The notes below the pieces were generated by a model. The model did no database searches. It was not told the DNA's origin and worked only from the letters and a program-made list of their open reading frames with translations. DNA of 64,000 bases from NCBI GenBank assembly GCA_963782915.1, contig CAWALK010000020.1:96001-160000 (forward strand). Direction: 5' to 3'. Shown piece by piece: positions 51,765-63,066 of the stretch. How positions within the stretch are numbered: position 1 is the stretch's first letter; each line of letters opens with the position of its first letter. This DNA is from an uncultured archaeon (GTDB lineage: Archaea; Thermoproteota; Bathyarchaeia; Bathyarchaeales; Bathycorpusculaceae). The position numbers and the translations under genes are program-made.

Positions 51765-53351
51765 ATGACCCAAACAACTCAAAATATCCAAACTCCAAAT
51801 TTAATCAAAATACTTGAAACTCAATTTAAAGAAAACAACTTGCAAATTCAGCTTGGCCAACTCGGCATAGCATCCATCCAAGCCAACGGCGGCATCCACA
51901 GAGAAATTATTAAAGCACTACTTGCCGCAGACCCCAAAACTGCCCTTGTAACCATTACCTGCCTCGACCTTGGCCAAAACTTAGGCGTATACTATCACAT
52001 GCGCACCTCCGAAGGCTACCTCACAATCAAAGCCGAAGTGCCCAAAGACAACCCAAAAATAGCAACAATAACCGACCTAATCCCAGGTGCAACCTTCACC
52101 GAACTCGAAGGAACCGACTTATTAGGCATAATCTATGAAGGCAACCCTTTAACGGGGCACTTTCTTCTGTCCGAGAATTGGCCCGAAGGCGTCTATCCTC
52201 TTAGAAAGGATGTTAAAGCAAACGAAATAAAACTCGAACCTTTACCGCCTAAAGAGGAACCCGAAGACCCTAACGTTTTCAAAATTATCATTGGCCCACA
52301 GCACCCTGCTCTGATAGAGCCAGAAAAACTTTCAGTAACAGTTGCAGGCGAAATCGTAACCAACGTTGAACCACGCCTCGGCTACGTTCATCGAGGCATA
52401 GAAAAAGCAACGGAATCCCGCAGCTATCTACGCGACATTTACTTGGTTGAACGAATATGTGGCATATGTAACGCCGTCCACGCAACCACTTTTGTTGAAT
52501 CAGTGGAAAAAATATTAAAAGTAGACATACCCCCAAGAGCCAAATACATACGAACAATAACTTTAGAATTAAACCGGCTCCACAGTCACCTTTTGACTTT
52601 GGGTCATGCATGCCTCGAAATGGGTTACGAGACACTCTTCCAGTTTCTGTGGCGTGACCGTGAACCAATAATGGACCTCATCGAATTAACAAGCGGAAAC
52701 CGAGTTTACTCCTCAACTATGGCTATTGGCGGCGTACGCAGGGACCTCAAAGAAACGGATTTCCCAAAAATCAAAGCAACCCTTGAAGACCTGCGAAAAA
52801 AGATGCCTGGTTTTAGAGAAACCTACCAAAACAGTCGGTCAATAAGGTTACGGTTGCAAGGGGTTGGGGTGCTTTCACGTGAGGACGCCTTGAAACTTTG
52901 TGTAGTGGGTCCTGTTGCGAGGGGTTCAGGCGTTGACTTTGACGTAAGAAAAGACGTGCCCTACGAAGCATACGGTGAAATCCCCTTCAACAAAGTAGTT
53001 TACACAGAAGGTGATGCATGGGCACGGATGAATGTGCGCATGGATGAAATCACCGAAAGCATTAACATAATCGAATATGCCCTTGACCATCTGCCTGCTG
53101 GACCAATAAAAGAGAAAACGCCCAGAATCGTTCCTGCGGGTGAAGCGATTTCTGCTACGGAAGCTCCAAGGGGCGAACTATTCTACTATGTTAGAAGCAA
53201 CGGAACCATGAATCCAGACCGCGTTAAAGTACGCACGCCAACATATGCGAACCTTCCATCGTTCCTCAAAACTGCTATCGGACAGAACCTTGCCGATTGC
53301 CCAGTGAACTTCGTAAGTTTGGATCCATGTTTCTCATGCACTGACAGATAA
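51765..53351 (+). CDS. Group 4 [NiFe]-hydrogenase large subunit fused to NuoC/MbhK-like domain
   Basis: GPQHP, GYVHRGIEK, L1 ERICGIC and L2 DPCFSCTDR-stop; N-terminal ~160 aa NuoC-like (WPEGVYPLRKD). Confidence 0.9.
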   Translation: MTQTTQNIQTPNLIKILETQFKENNLQIQLGQLGIASIQANGGIHREIIKALLAADPKTALVTITCLDLGQNLGVYYHMRTSEGYLTIKAEVPKDNPKIATITDLIPGATFTELEGTDLLGIIYEGNPLTGHFLLSENWPEGVYPLRKDVKANEIKLEPLPPKEEPEDPNVFKIIIGPQHPALIEPEKLSVTVAGEIVTNVEPRLGYVHRGIEKATESRSYLRDIYLVERICGICNAVHATTFVESVEKILKVDIPPRAKYIRTITLELNRLHSHLLTLGHACLEMGYETLFQFLWRDREPIMDLIELTSGNRVYSSTMAIGGVRRDLKETDFPKIKATLEDLRKKMPGFRETYQNSRSIRLRLQGVGVLSREDALKLCVVGPVARGSGVDFDVRKDVPYEAYGEIPFNKVVYTEGDAWARMNVRMDEITESINIIEYALDHLPAGPIKEKTPRIVPAGEAISATEAPRGELFYYVRSNGTMNPDRVKVRTPTYANLPSFLKTAIGQNLADCPVNFVSLDPCFSCTDR

Positions 53352-53363
53352 AGACGTGATACT

Positions 53364-53795
53364 ATGGCAAACAAACGGCAAAAGCAACGGGGAATATCCA
53401 CTCAACTAGCAAAAGACGCCTTCTCAAATATCTTCAAGAAACGCGCAACCCAGCAGTACCCCTCTGTACCTGCATCAGTAGCTGAAGGCTTCAGAGGCAA
53501 ACAGGTGCTCAAACTCGAAAAATGCATAAGCTGTTCTCTGTGCTCCAAGGAATGTCCCGCTAACGCCATAGAAATGGTTGATGTTGAAGGAAAAAAACGT
53601 CCCTTAATTCATCTTGACCGCTGCGTTTTTTGTTATCAATGTGCGGATACTTGCCCAAGAGGGGTGTTTGAGTCTTCTAAGATTTTTGAGTTGGCTGTTA
53701 CTGACAAGAAGACTCTTGTAATAAAACCCATGCCTGTAGCAGCGCTGGCTAAACCAGTACAATCGGCTCAGCTTGATTCAGCAGTCCAGAAATAA
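53364..53795 (+). CDS. nuoI: 2x[4Fe-4S] subunit (NuoI/MbhN-like)
   Basis: YP...FRG, CISCSLCSKECP and CVFCYQCADTCP motifs. Confidence 0.88.
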   Translation: MANKRQKQRGISTQLAKDAFSNIFKKRATQQYPSVPASVAEGFRGKQVLKLEKCISCSLCSKECPANAIEMVDVEGKKRPLIHLDRCVFCYQCADTCPRGVFESSKIFELAVTDKKTLVIKPMPVAALAKPVQSAQLDSAVQK

Positions 53796-53828
53796 ACCGT
53801 CTAACGTATCAGTTCAACTTTTGGCGTT

Positions 53829-54779
53829 TTAGACGCCTATTCCGAATTCTATGAGAATTATCTGCAAGATTGCTAATGGCAGTAGATATCTCCACATTCC
53901 TGTGATTGATTGGTCAAGGCGTAGACGAGCAAAGATAGCTCTTAAAAAGGAAATCAGCAGGACTACAGCGATGGTTTTGATGAGGAAGATTGCTATTGCT
54001 GGAATGAAGAAGAGGTCTTGTATTCCGCCGAGGTATAATGTTGCTATTAATGCGGATGCTAATACGAGTTCGAAGCTTTTGCCTAGTCTGATCATGGCGA
54101 GTTTTCTGCCGCTGAATTCGGTACGCCATCCTGCAACCACTTCTGATTCTGATTCGGGAATGTTGAATGGTGAAGCTTCCAATTCTGCCAATAAACAAAT
54201 TATCAATACTACAAAACCGATTGGTTGAAGGAAAACCAGCCATGTTGCGCTACTTTGCCATTGCCCAATGGTGCTTATTGAGAGGCTTTTTGCTGCAATT
54301 GCTGGGCCACTGAGTGCTAATGCCATTGGAATCTCAAAACTCATCATTTGAAGCATCGCACGCACTCCCCCAATGGTGCTGTATCTGTTCCTTGAAGCCC
54401 AGCCGCCAAGAAACACTGTGATAATCATTAATGCGAAAATGAACATTACAAAGACTAAGTCACCTTCAAACGCTGCAATGCCTGTGTTGCTTGCTATTGG
54501 GACAATGAATAAAGCCGTAAGAGGCAATGCAAGATAAATGATTGGCGTTATGGTGAAGAGCAGTTTATCGCATACCGCAGGCACTATGTCTTCTTTTGAG
54601 AGTAGCTTAATGAAGTCTGCGAATGGTTGGAATAACCCTGCTGGACCTGCATGTAGGGGTCCATATCTGTTTTGGATTTTCGCATAGGTTTTTCGGTCTA
54701 TCCATTCGTAGAAGAATGCTAAGATAAAGAGGAATAGGACACCTGGAAAGATGAGAATTTGGAGGATATCAAGTGCAAT
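53829..54779 (-). CDS. nuoH: Membrane subunit NuoH/MbhM-like (start uncertain)
   Basis: DRKTYAKIQNRYGP and QPFADFIKLLSKE upstream of track start 54584; PFNIPESESEVVAGW and ARLRLDQ. Confidence 0.9.
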   Translation of the reverse strand: MALDILQILIFPGVLFLFILAFFYEWIDRKTYAKIQNRYGPLHAGPAGLFQPFADFIKLLSKEDIVPAVCDKLLFTITPIIYLALPLTALFIVPIASNTGIAAFEGDLVFVMFIFALMIITVFLGGWASRNRYSTIGGVRAMLQMMSFEIPMALALSGPAIAAKSLSISTIGQWQSSATWLVFLQPIGFVVLIICLLAELEASPFNIPESESEVVAGWRTEFSGRKLAMIRLGKSFELVLASALIATLYLGGIQDLFFIPAIAIFLIKTIAVVLLISFLRAIFARLRLDQSITGMWRYLLPLAILQIILIEFGIGV

Positions 54780-54894
54780 CGTTCCCTTAGCGCCCCTTAA
54801 AACCGTTGATTAGTCTTAGCGCGCTTTTAATATTATCGATTGCTTAGAGGGCTGTCATGGATAAATTTTATTGAAATAAGGGCTTGGCTGGAAT

Positions 54895-55230
54895 TTACAG
54901 TCTTTTTCTTGCAAAAACCAGCATTCCAACCGCTACTAAAACAATCAAGGAATACATGACGGGTAAAAAGTCAGCAGCATAAAACGATGTCATTGTGACA
55001 AATGCTAAGACATCAAAGATGAGAAAGTAAACGGCGAAGGTAAGGAACCTTTCAACGTCCAGTTTAGCCTCTTTTACCGGTGCCTGTTCCCCGCAGCTGT
55101 AAGAGGCGTTTTTTTCTTTGGTCTGGTCGCTTTTCGGGGAAATTCTTCCGCCGATTCGGTAGATAATTAATGCCGCAACCAGTGATACCCCGAAAACTAA
55201 GGGTAAAACGTATGGAATTCCAATCATCAT
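54895..55230 (-). CDS. nuoA: NuoA-like membrane subunit
   Basis: YSCGE loop and FAVYFLIFDV motif. Confidence 0.85.
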   Translation of the reverse strand: MMIGIPYVLPLVFGVSLVAALIIYRIGGRISPKSDQTKEKNASYSCGEQAPVKEAKLDVERFLTFAVYFLIFDVLAFVTMTSFYAADFLPVMYSLIVLVAVGMLVFARKRL

Positions 55231-55299
55231 TTCAGACCCCTTGCGAAAAGAATTAAAGCATCCTATTAAGCTTTTGTTTTCAGTACACTCGAGGGTGGG

Positions 55300-55554
55300 C
55301 TAACGCTAGAAGAAGTATTACAGATTTCTCTTATGGTCGCCACAATACTTCTTGCACTTTTTACCATTCAAGTTAAAAATGTTTTATATGCAGTTATCGG
55401 GTTTTGCGGAATGTGCATAACCATCGGCGGATTATTCTGGCTTCTAAATGCTCCATACGTTTCAGTTTTCCAAATATTGATCTATGCAGGCGCGGTTGTT
55501 GCCATCTTTATTGCAGCAGTCATGCTCACGACAGGCAAGGAGAGCATCCGATAA
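55300..55554 (+). CDS. NuoJ-like N-terminal subunit (start uncertain; track start 55333)
   Basis: LNAPYVSVFQILIYAGAV motif. Confidence 0.8.
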   Translation, partial: LTLEEVLQISLMVATILLALFTIQVKNVLYAVIGFCGMCITIGGLFWLLNAPYVSVFQILIYAGAVVAIFIAAVMLTTGKESIR

Positions 55555-55832
55555 TGAAATTAAACATAGCTTTCCTTATCGGTATCGTCTGCGCTATTGT
55601 AGCAATCGCACTTTTTGCAGTAGTTGCCACTCAACAATCTTTCCCCATTTACAAATCATCCAACCAAACAAGCAGCTATGTGAATGTTACAGGCAATGTT
55701 GGGTCTGAAGACAGCCGTTTCCTATGGAATAATGATGGTTTAGCTTTAATTGGGCAAGCCTTTGCTCTTTTTGCTGCTGCGGCTGCTGCTCTTGGTTTAC
55801 TAAAAATCGACGAAGAGAAGCACCATGCTTGA
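55554..55832 (+). CDS. Small membrane subunit (NuoJ C-terminal-like)
   Basis: ATG overlapping preceding TAA; two TM helices; SRFLWN. Confidence 0.7.
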   Translation: MKLNIAFLIGIVCAIVAIALFAVVATQQSFPIYKSSNQTSSYVNVTGNVGSEDSRFLWNNDGLALIGQAFALFAAAAAALGLLKIDEEKHHA

Positions 55833-56139
55833 TTTGACTTATTACATTATTTTTTCTTTGGCATTGTATGTTATTGGTATTTACTGTTTAGCGACAAAAC
55901 GTAACTTGATTCGCCTCATTTTAGGAATCGAAATTCTGGTTAATGCAGCCAACATCAACTTTGTTGTTTTTGCAGCGTATGTGATGCCTGGGTTTGTTGA
56001 TTCAATGGGGCATTCCTTCGCAGCCATCTCCATAGGTTTAGCTGGAGCTGTAAGCGCGGTTGCACTTGCAATTGTAGTGTTGATCTATAAGCACTATGGC
56101 ACTTTGGATGCGGATGAACTGAAGCGGTTGAGGAGCTAA
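55825..56139 (+). CDS. nuoK: NuoK/MrpC-like subunit
   Basis: KRNLIRLILGIEILVNAANI and YKHYGTLD motifs. Confidence 0.88.
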   Translation: MLDLTYYIIFSLALYVIGIYCLATKRNLIRLILGIEILVNAANINFVVFAAYVMPGFVDSMGHSFAAISIGLAGAVSAVALAIVVLIYKHYGTLDADELKRLRS

Positions 56140-56142
56140 ATT

Positions 56143-57611
56143 ATGTTCACTTTACCCTTTGATTTACTATTAATATTCACCGCAGCATCCCCTGTTAGTC
56201 GGTTGGGTATCTCCCAAACAGTACAGAGCAAAAATATTGGGTGCCTTCACAGCCGTTGCCTTAGCAGTAACCGCGTTTGCACTCTACGGATTATACCTTG
56301 ACGTAGCCGCCAACAGCGCAGTTTACCTGCCCAGCTAACAGTTTGATTTCCTCGATTCTTAGAGTTGACATGCTGAGTATTTTTATGGCTTCAATCTTTT
56401 TGGGGTTAGGGCTTGCCGTAACCATCTACTCAATAGCTTATGTAGAAAACCGTAACCGAACCCCATTCTACTACACATTAATTCTCGCATTAATCAGCGG
56501 CATGTTTGGAATAGTCTTCGCAGGCGATTTACTCGTCCTGTTCGTCTTCTGGGAGCTCATGTCCATCTCCTCATACGCCCTAGTCAGCTTCTTCAAAGAG
56601 GAAGGAACATCGCTGGAAGCAGGCTTCAAATTCTTAGTCATGAGCGCAGCCGGCTCCGCAACAGCCCTCTTCGGAATATCCCTGCTATACGGCATGACTG
56701 GCACAGTAAACTTTGAAGCCCTCACCACCGCACTAAGCGGGTCAGCATCAAACATTTGGATAACTATTGCGGCAGTATTCATTTTCGTAGGTTTCGGCGT
56801 GAAAACAGCAGTTTTCCCACTACACACCTGGTTACCAGATGCTTACTCCGCTGCATCAGCCCCCGTCTCCGCCATCCTCGCAGGCATAGTGATTGGACCA
56901 GGCATTTTCGCAATCGCCAAAATATTCTTCACCGCATTCATCACTTTCCAAAACATGTGGGCACCAGCCCTCGCAGTACTGAGCATCATAACGATGCTTG
57001 TCGGCAACATAACTGCGTTGATGCAGACTGACGTAAAACGGATGCTCGCATACTCAAGCATCGGGCAAGTTGGATACATGCTAATAGGTTTGGCAGTTGG
57101 AAGCCAACTTGGCTTAACTGGGACTTTCCTGCAATTCTTCAACCACGCATTAATGAAGGGTTCGGCTTTTCTCTGTGCAGGCGCAATCATCTACCGATTA
57201 GGCACACGCGAACTCTCCGACATGCGAGGTGTAGGTCGTAAAATGCCTTTGACTGCAGTTGCCTTCGCAATTGCTGTGGTTGCCTTAATTGGGTTGCCGC
57301 CACTCGCCGGTTTCCCGGGCGAATTAACCCTATTCTCCTCCGCAGTCGAAGCGAACATGGCTTGGCTTGGAATCGCACTGCTCTTGAACAGCATTATCTC
57401 CGCAGGCTTCTACCTAAAAATAATCTACACCATAATTCAGCCGGTTGCCTCAGAAAAGGTTGAGCAAACAAAAGAAGCCCCCCTGCTCATGCTCATCCCA
57501 ATTCTTGCGTTGGCAGTTCTGATAATAATCTTCGGCGTCTGGCCCCAACCCCTCTTTAACTTTGCCCAGCAAGCAGCTGGCGCATTGATGCACTTAGGAG
57601 GCGCCGTCTAA
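56143..57611 (+). CDS. Antiporter-like subunit NuoN/MrpD (5' frameshifts)
   Basis: FWELMS, EAGFKF, PLHTWLPDAY, KRMLAYSSI and NHALMK motifs. Confidence 0.88.
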
Positions 57612-59696
57612 ATGCAGATAATCGACATAGCGCCATGGCTATGCTGGATACTTCCAATAATTGGTGCCTTAGCGGCTTTAGCATTAAACAAAGTCAACAA
57701 AAAAGCCATGAACATCACAGTAATCGCCACCGCACTGCTAAGCTGGATTATGGCTCTGCTGTTGATTCCCAGCTTATTCAACTACAACAGTGTTGACAAT
57801 TCGTTGCCATGGTTTTCAATTGCAGGCGGCCAAGTCGGCGTTGGCTTACTAATTGACCCGTTGAGCATCATTATAGTGAACGTTGTAGCATTCTTGGGTT
57901 TCCTCATCATGGTCTACTCCTCCAAGTACATGGAAGAGGACAAAGACATCGCCCGATTCTGGTTTTTTATGTCCCTATTCATCAGCTCCATGCTCCTGCT
58001 CGTCTTAGCTGACAATTTCATTATGATGTTCGTAGGTTGGAAACTGGTCAGTCTCTGCAGCTTCGGCTTAATCGGCTACTACTACCGGGACGAAAAAGAA
58101 CACTGGATCGGCGGACCTGCACCGTTTCCCTTTCACTAAACCCTCCCGCAACGGACTCAAAGCATTGCTAATGACCACATTTGGCGATGTAGCATTATTA
58201 GCTGGCATAATCATCCTCTACCTATACGCCCATACCTTCAACTTTTTGCAGCTCTTCCAAACCGCAAACACATGGCTCCCCCTGATGGCGGCTACCCCCG
58301 GCTTACTAGCCATAACCTGCGTTCTATTGCTGCTGGGTCCCTTTGCAAAATCCGCGCAGTTCCCATTCCATGAATGGTTACCTGAAGCGATGTCTGGTCC
58401 AACACCCGTTTCAGCCCTAATCCACGCCGCCACAATGGTGAAAGCAGGAGTCTACTTAATCGCCCGAATGCTCCCAATATTCTTCTTCGCAGTCTGGGTT
58501 GCAACCCCCGCCTACCCTGAAGCCTTAACATTCTTCATATTAACCGCAGTAATCGGCGCAATCACCGCTTTCCTAGGCGGCACACAAGCCATCGTCGCAA
58601 AAGAACTCAAGAAATCCCTTGCATACTCCACCATCAGCGCCATCGGTTACATGGTTCTTGCGTTAGGCATCTCAGGCTTAAGCGCTGATTCCCTGGTAGC
58701 TGGGACTTCCTCGTCGATTTTCTTCTTAATCAACCATGGCATCTTCAAAGTCATCTTGTTCCTCGGGGCAGGAGTTGTCATCCATGCTTCCGGCTCAATC
58801 TATTTGCATGAGATGAATCTGTCAACCAAAAAGATGCGGTTCACATGGATTTTCATGTGGATAGGCGCTTTGGCGTTGATGGGTGTTTTTCCGCTTTCAG
58901 GCTTCTGGAGCAAAGACAACGTCCTAATCGCCTGTTTTGAAAGCGGGCAATACGCCATATTCGCAGTTGCCCTAATCTCAGTTATTTTGACATCGTTCTA
59001 TGTGATTAGAATGATGGGCTTGATTTTCCACACTGGCACCCCCGATGGCAACGTTCACAAAGAACATGAATTCCAAGACCGCAAACTCCACCCAGAACAT
59101 GTACACGGCGAAGAAGGCCCCTGGATAATGCTTGCCCCCTACGCCATCTTGGCGGTTTTAACGGTCCTCATAGGTTTAGTCGGACCCTTAGTCAGCGGCT
59201 TCTTATCCAATGCATTCGAAGTCTACTACACAAACTCACTGGGCCTCACCGTAGCCAGCAGCACTGCCTCAGCTTCAGCCCTTAGCGGTTTAGGCTTAGA
59301 AATCGCAGTTGCCCTCGCATCAACACTAATGGTTATAATCGGTGCAATCCCCGCTTACAGATTCTACATCAACAGTAAATCAAACCCCGAAACAGTACGT
59401 TGCAAAAAGCGGCATACTCAAAGGCCTCTACACTTTCCTATGGAACCGCTGGTACATCGATGCATTCTACAAAAAAGCCTTCGTAGAACCCTCAATACGC
59501 CTCGGCAGCTTAGTACAACGCTACATCGAAAACCCCTTAGACCGCGCAATAAACGGTGGCATCCCAAGCGGCTTTGGAGCGCTTAGCAGGGTCTTCAAGA
59601 AATTCCAAACAGGCAAACTACGAATCAACATGCTGTACTTCCTGGTGTTCCTCGTTATTGCCATAGTAATCCTTATGGCTCGGAGGCTTCCTCTAA
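57612..59696 (+). CDS. nuoL: Antiporter-like subunit NuoL/MrpA (frameshifts ~58135, ~59400, ~59680)
   Basis: KSAQFPFHEWLPEAMSGPTPVSALIHAATMV, GFWSKD, RWYIDAFY and QTG motifs. Confidence 0.9.
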
Positions 59697-61180
59697 ATGC
59701 AAATCCCCTACATCCTACTTCAAACAATCCTAATCCCAATCATTGCAGCAATCGTCTGTGCCTTGCTAGGCAAACAACTTAAGAAAAAAGTCGGTTGGAT
59801 AGCTTCCGCAGCCATGATCTACGTAACTGCCCTCTTAGCATACGTCGGCATCCAAATTTGGACTCAAGGCGGCGTCTTCACCGAATCGTATAGCTTGGGG
59901 TACAGTTGTTTTCGATTTAAAATTCGGTTTTCTCGCCGACGGCTTAAGCCTGCCCGTTGCATTAATCCTAAGTTTAGTTTGCACAGCAGCCACCGTCTAC
60001 TCAATCCATTACATGGACCGCAGAATAGAAACCGTTTATGGCAAAGACAAACCCAGCATGTTCTCCCTGTACTACGCATTCTTCTTGCTGATTCCAATGG
60101 GCTTAATCGGCGTTGCATTATCCACTAACACAATTGAGCTTTTCCTCTTCCTTGAAACCAGCTTAGTGCCCTTATTTGTGCTCTTAGACCTCTTTGGATA
60201 CAACCAGCGGCATAGAATAGCAATAATGGGCTTCATTTGGACCCAGCTAGGCGCCGCATTCTACTTAATGGGCGCTGTAATCGCAGGCGTCAACGTTCAC
60301 AGCTTCGATATTAGTGCCTTATCGGGGTTATCGGGAACTGATGTGGGCTTCTGGGTATGTCTGCTAATCACTGTTGGTTTTCTCATAAAAATGGGCAGCT
60401 TTGGCTTTCACGTTTGGATTCCACACGTTGACGGAGAACACGCAACTTCCGTAGCTGCAGTCCTAGCTGGCATCGTAGGTTTAGGCAGTTATGTACTTGT
60501 AAGGTTGCTGTATGGTGAGCTTCTTGGTTCCTTCCAAATCTTCAGCCTACCCCTGATGGTACTTGCCGTTATTACCATGTTTTACGCTGCGTACCTCACG
60601 ATGGGGCAAGATGATATTAAACGCCTCTTTGCCTGCTCAACTATCGGTCAAACCGCCTATTGCTTATTTGGCATCGCAAGCATGACTGCCTTGGGCGTAG
60701 AAGGCGGAGTATTCTACTTCATGAGCCACGTCATCGGCAAATGCATCCTATTCGCCGTTGCAGGCATACTCGTTATCCAAACAGGTACCCGAAGCATCAA
60801 AGAAATGGGTGGCTTAGCACAAAAGATGCCCCTAACCGCAACACTCTGCATCATTGGCGCTATGATTCTCTCAGCCATTCCCCCATTAAGCGGCTTCCAA
60901 GCTGAATGGATACTGTTTACAGGCGTATTCACGCAGGGCATCACGGGAACAGTGTACCTAATCCTTGCAGTCTTAGGCATATTTGCAACGTTCTTAACTG
61001 CTGTCTATACTTTCTGGCCTGCAATCCGCGTCTTCTTTGGGCCAATCTCGCCAAGCATGGAAAAAGTCAAAGAAGCACCCCTGAGCATGATTATCCCGAT
61101 GTTAATTTTAGCGGTCGTTTCAGTACTGATTGGGCATTTTCCCCGATTTAATAATGCATTTTCTAACATCGGTCATTTAG
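59697..61180 (+). CDS. nuoM: Antiporter-like subunit NuoM/MrpD (frameshifts)
   Basis: ADGLS, GFHVWIP, DIKRLFACS, MGGLAQKMP and PPLSGF motifs. Confidence 0.88.
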
Positions 61181-61252
61181 GGTGCAAGTGCAAGGTTAGT
61201 ACTACTTTTACCCCTTTAGCGTCCTTTTGTTGAGTGCTAATGATTAACGAAA

Positions 61253-62098
61253 TTATTTTGCGTAGGCTGCAACGAGGTCCCGAGCGGTAATTATTCCTAC
61301 TATTTTATTGTCTTTAACGACTGGTAGTCGTCTGATATGTTTTAGCGCCATTGTAGCAGCTGTTCTGTGAACACTTGTCCCAGCGGGAATGGTGATTAAG
61401 GGCGATGAACATTCTGGACCAACCTCAGTAAACAACGCTTTGCCAACCGCCAAGAAAGCAGTAAGCAAATCGCGTTCAGTAAAAATCCCAAACGGTTCCC
61501 CCTTGCGGGTGACTATGACGCTGCCGATCCGCTGCTTACCCATCAGTGCAGCTATCGTCTCTACTGATGTTGATTCATCCGCTGAAATAACATTTTTAGT
61601 CATGAAATCGTCAACCTTGGCCTCAGTTTCGGCGACATCAGGTAAGCTTTTGATTAAATCCGAAGAAGTTAGGACGCCCAAAAGTGTTCCAGCGTCGAAT
61701 ACTCCAAGTCTTCCTTTCTTACTGATCAGGGTCTGGGCTACTTCTTTGATTTTGGCGTTCACCGATATACCTGCCAGTGGATAGGACATTATATCCTCGA
61801 CTTTTTCGTCCTTCAAAAATAGCCCCAATGCAAACACTTTGCTAAACAAGTCGCGCTCGGTAATTATCCCCACTGGTGTTTGGTACTTTTCTACGATTAG
61901 GCTTCCAATGTGTTTCTCACCCATTTGTTTGGCTGCTTCTTCCAGTGGAGTTTCGGGGGTTGTGGTGATGACGTTTTTGCTCATTAATTCGTTGGCGGTT
62001 TGGTGCTGTGGCAAATCGCGTTTGTATTCTTCGTAGGCTATGTCGACGACGCCTAAAGGTTCCTTTTTTATTTGTTCTTGAGGTGTCGACAAAAACAT
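61253..62098 (-). CDS. Four-CBS-domain protein
   Basis: Repeated M(S/T)KNVI..., IGS, GIxTERD and RRLPV motifs. Confidence 0.9.
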   Translation of the reverse strand: MFLSTPQEQIKKEPLGVVDIAYEEYKRDLPQHQTANELMSKNVITTTPETPLEEAAKQMGEKHIGSLIVEKYQTPVGIITERDLFSKVFALGLFLKDEKVEDIMSYPLAGISVNAKIKEVAQTLISKKGRLGVFDAGTLLGVLTSSDLIKSLPDVAETEAKVDDFMTKNVISADESTSVETIAALMGKQRIGSVIVTRKGEPFGIFTERDLLTAFLAVGKALFTEVGPECSSPLITIPAGTSVHRTAATMALKHIRRLPVVKDNKIVGIITARDLVAAYAK

Positions 62099-62252
62099 TC
62101 CTCATAATAGATATTGTTGAAACGGTTAAATTAACATTTCAAACAATCATAAACTAGAAAACAACTGCACAAAAAACCGCCATAAAACCCAACAAACCAT
62201 TAATCGCCCGAACAGAAAGATTGCACCCATATATCCCCAAGCTCACAGCTAG

Positions 62253-62300
62253 GCAGTTGTTGAGCCTATAAATAAGGGAGGGGGTACCTCTGTGGAGCAA
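62253..62300 (-). repeat. Dispersed repeat family B, copy 6
   Basis: Reverse complement ttgctccacagaggtaccccctcccttatttataggctcaacaactg. Confidence 0.75.
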
Positions 62301-62433
62301 AAGACCTCTTTTGTTTTTCGTTGGTTTGCTTACGGTTTATTAAAAGTCGCAAGTTGTTGAACAAGAGGTTCCACTTCACGGCAACACACAAAGAAAAATC
62401 CGTTAGATCCAAAATGCAGGGACAAACTCGCCA

Positions 62434-62999
62434 TTAATACTTGTTTTTTGCTTGAATCAACCTGCTTGCCGCTATCTCACCCAGAACCGCCAAATCCTCA
62501 GTCGGCAAATACTTGCTTGCTGTCTGGTCATAAAGTATACTTGCAGCCGCAGGATACTCCTCTTTCTCCCAAACAATAAAGACCAAAGGAATACCCTTCA
62601 ACGCCATTGATTTCAGCCGAAGCATCGCCATAACTAAGCGGTTTGCCGCCCAACTTTGCAGCGGCTTCAAGTAGCTTTTGTGGGTTTTCGCCGAAGACAT
62701 CTGCGATGGGCTGAATCGCCGTTTTGATGAATGCTCCTTCGTAGGCGCAGCCGCCTGGTAAATCCTTGTACTTTACCAGTTTTCCCGATAGAGGCGTAAG
62801 AGTGGCAGCTTGAGTAGTGGGTTAGAAGTGTGGATAGGACTTCGATGGTCCAGTCGTTTAGTTTTGCGCCTGGTTGAGCGAGGTTATCGGTTATATCGCC
62901 GCTTTCCATATCGATTGTGAAACCCAAAAAGTCGTATTGTGTGCTACCCAATAACTCTTGTAATCTTTTGGCTGCCTCTGGTGAAAGATTAATTTTCAT
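62434..62999 (-). CDS. DUF3786-like protein (frameshifts)
   Basis: YKDLPGGCAYEGAF in bridging frame; IVWEKEEYPAAASILYD and LPTEDLAVL. Confidence 0.75.
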
Positions 63000-63066
63000 A
63001 ATAACCCTTGATGAATAGATGGTTATGGACGGTTAAATTATTGCCTGCAAACCCCGATTTTCAGAG

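Noticed and set aside
51765-53351. Plain NADH:quinone oxidoreductase NuoCD
   Set aside because: Both [NiFe]-ligating CxxC motifs are intact
1400-61784. Numerous antisense ORFs in the track (e.g. 1400-1906, 28768-29517, 50220-50741)
   Set aside because: They overlap well-supported genes on the opposite strand and show no motifs
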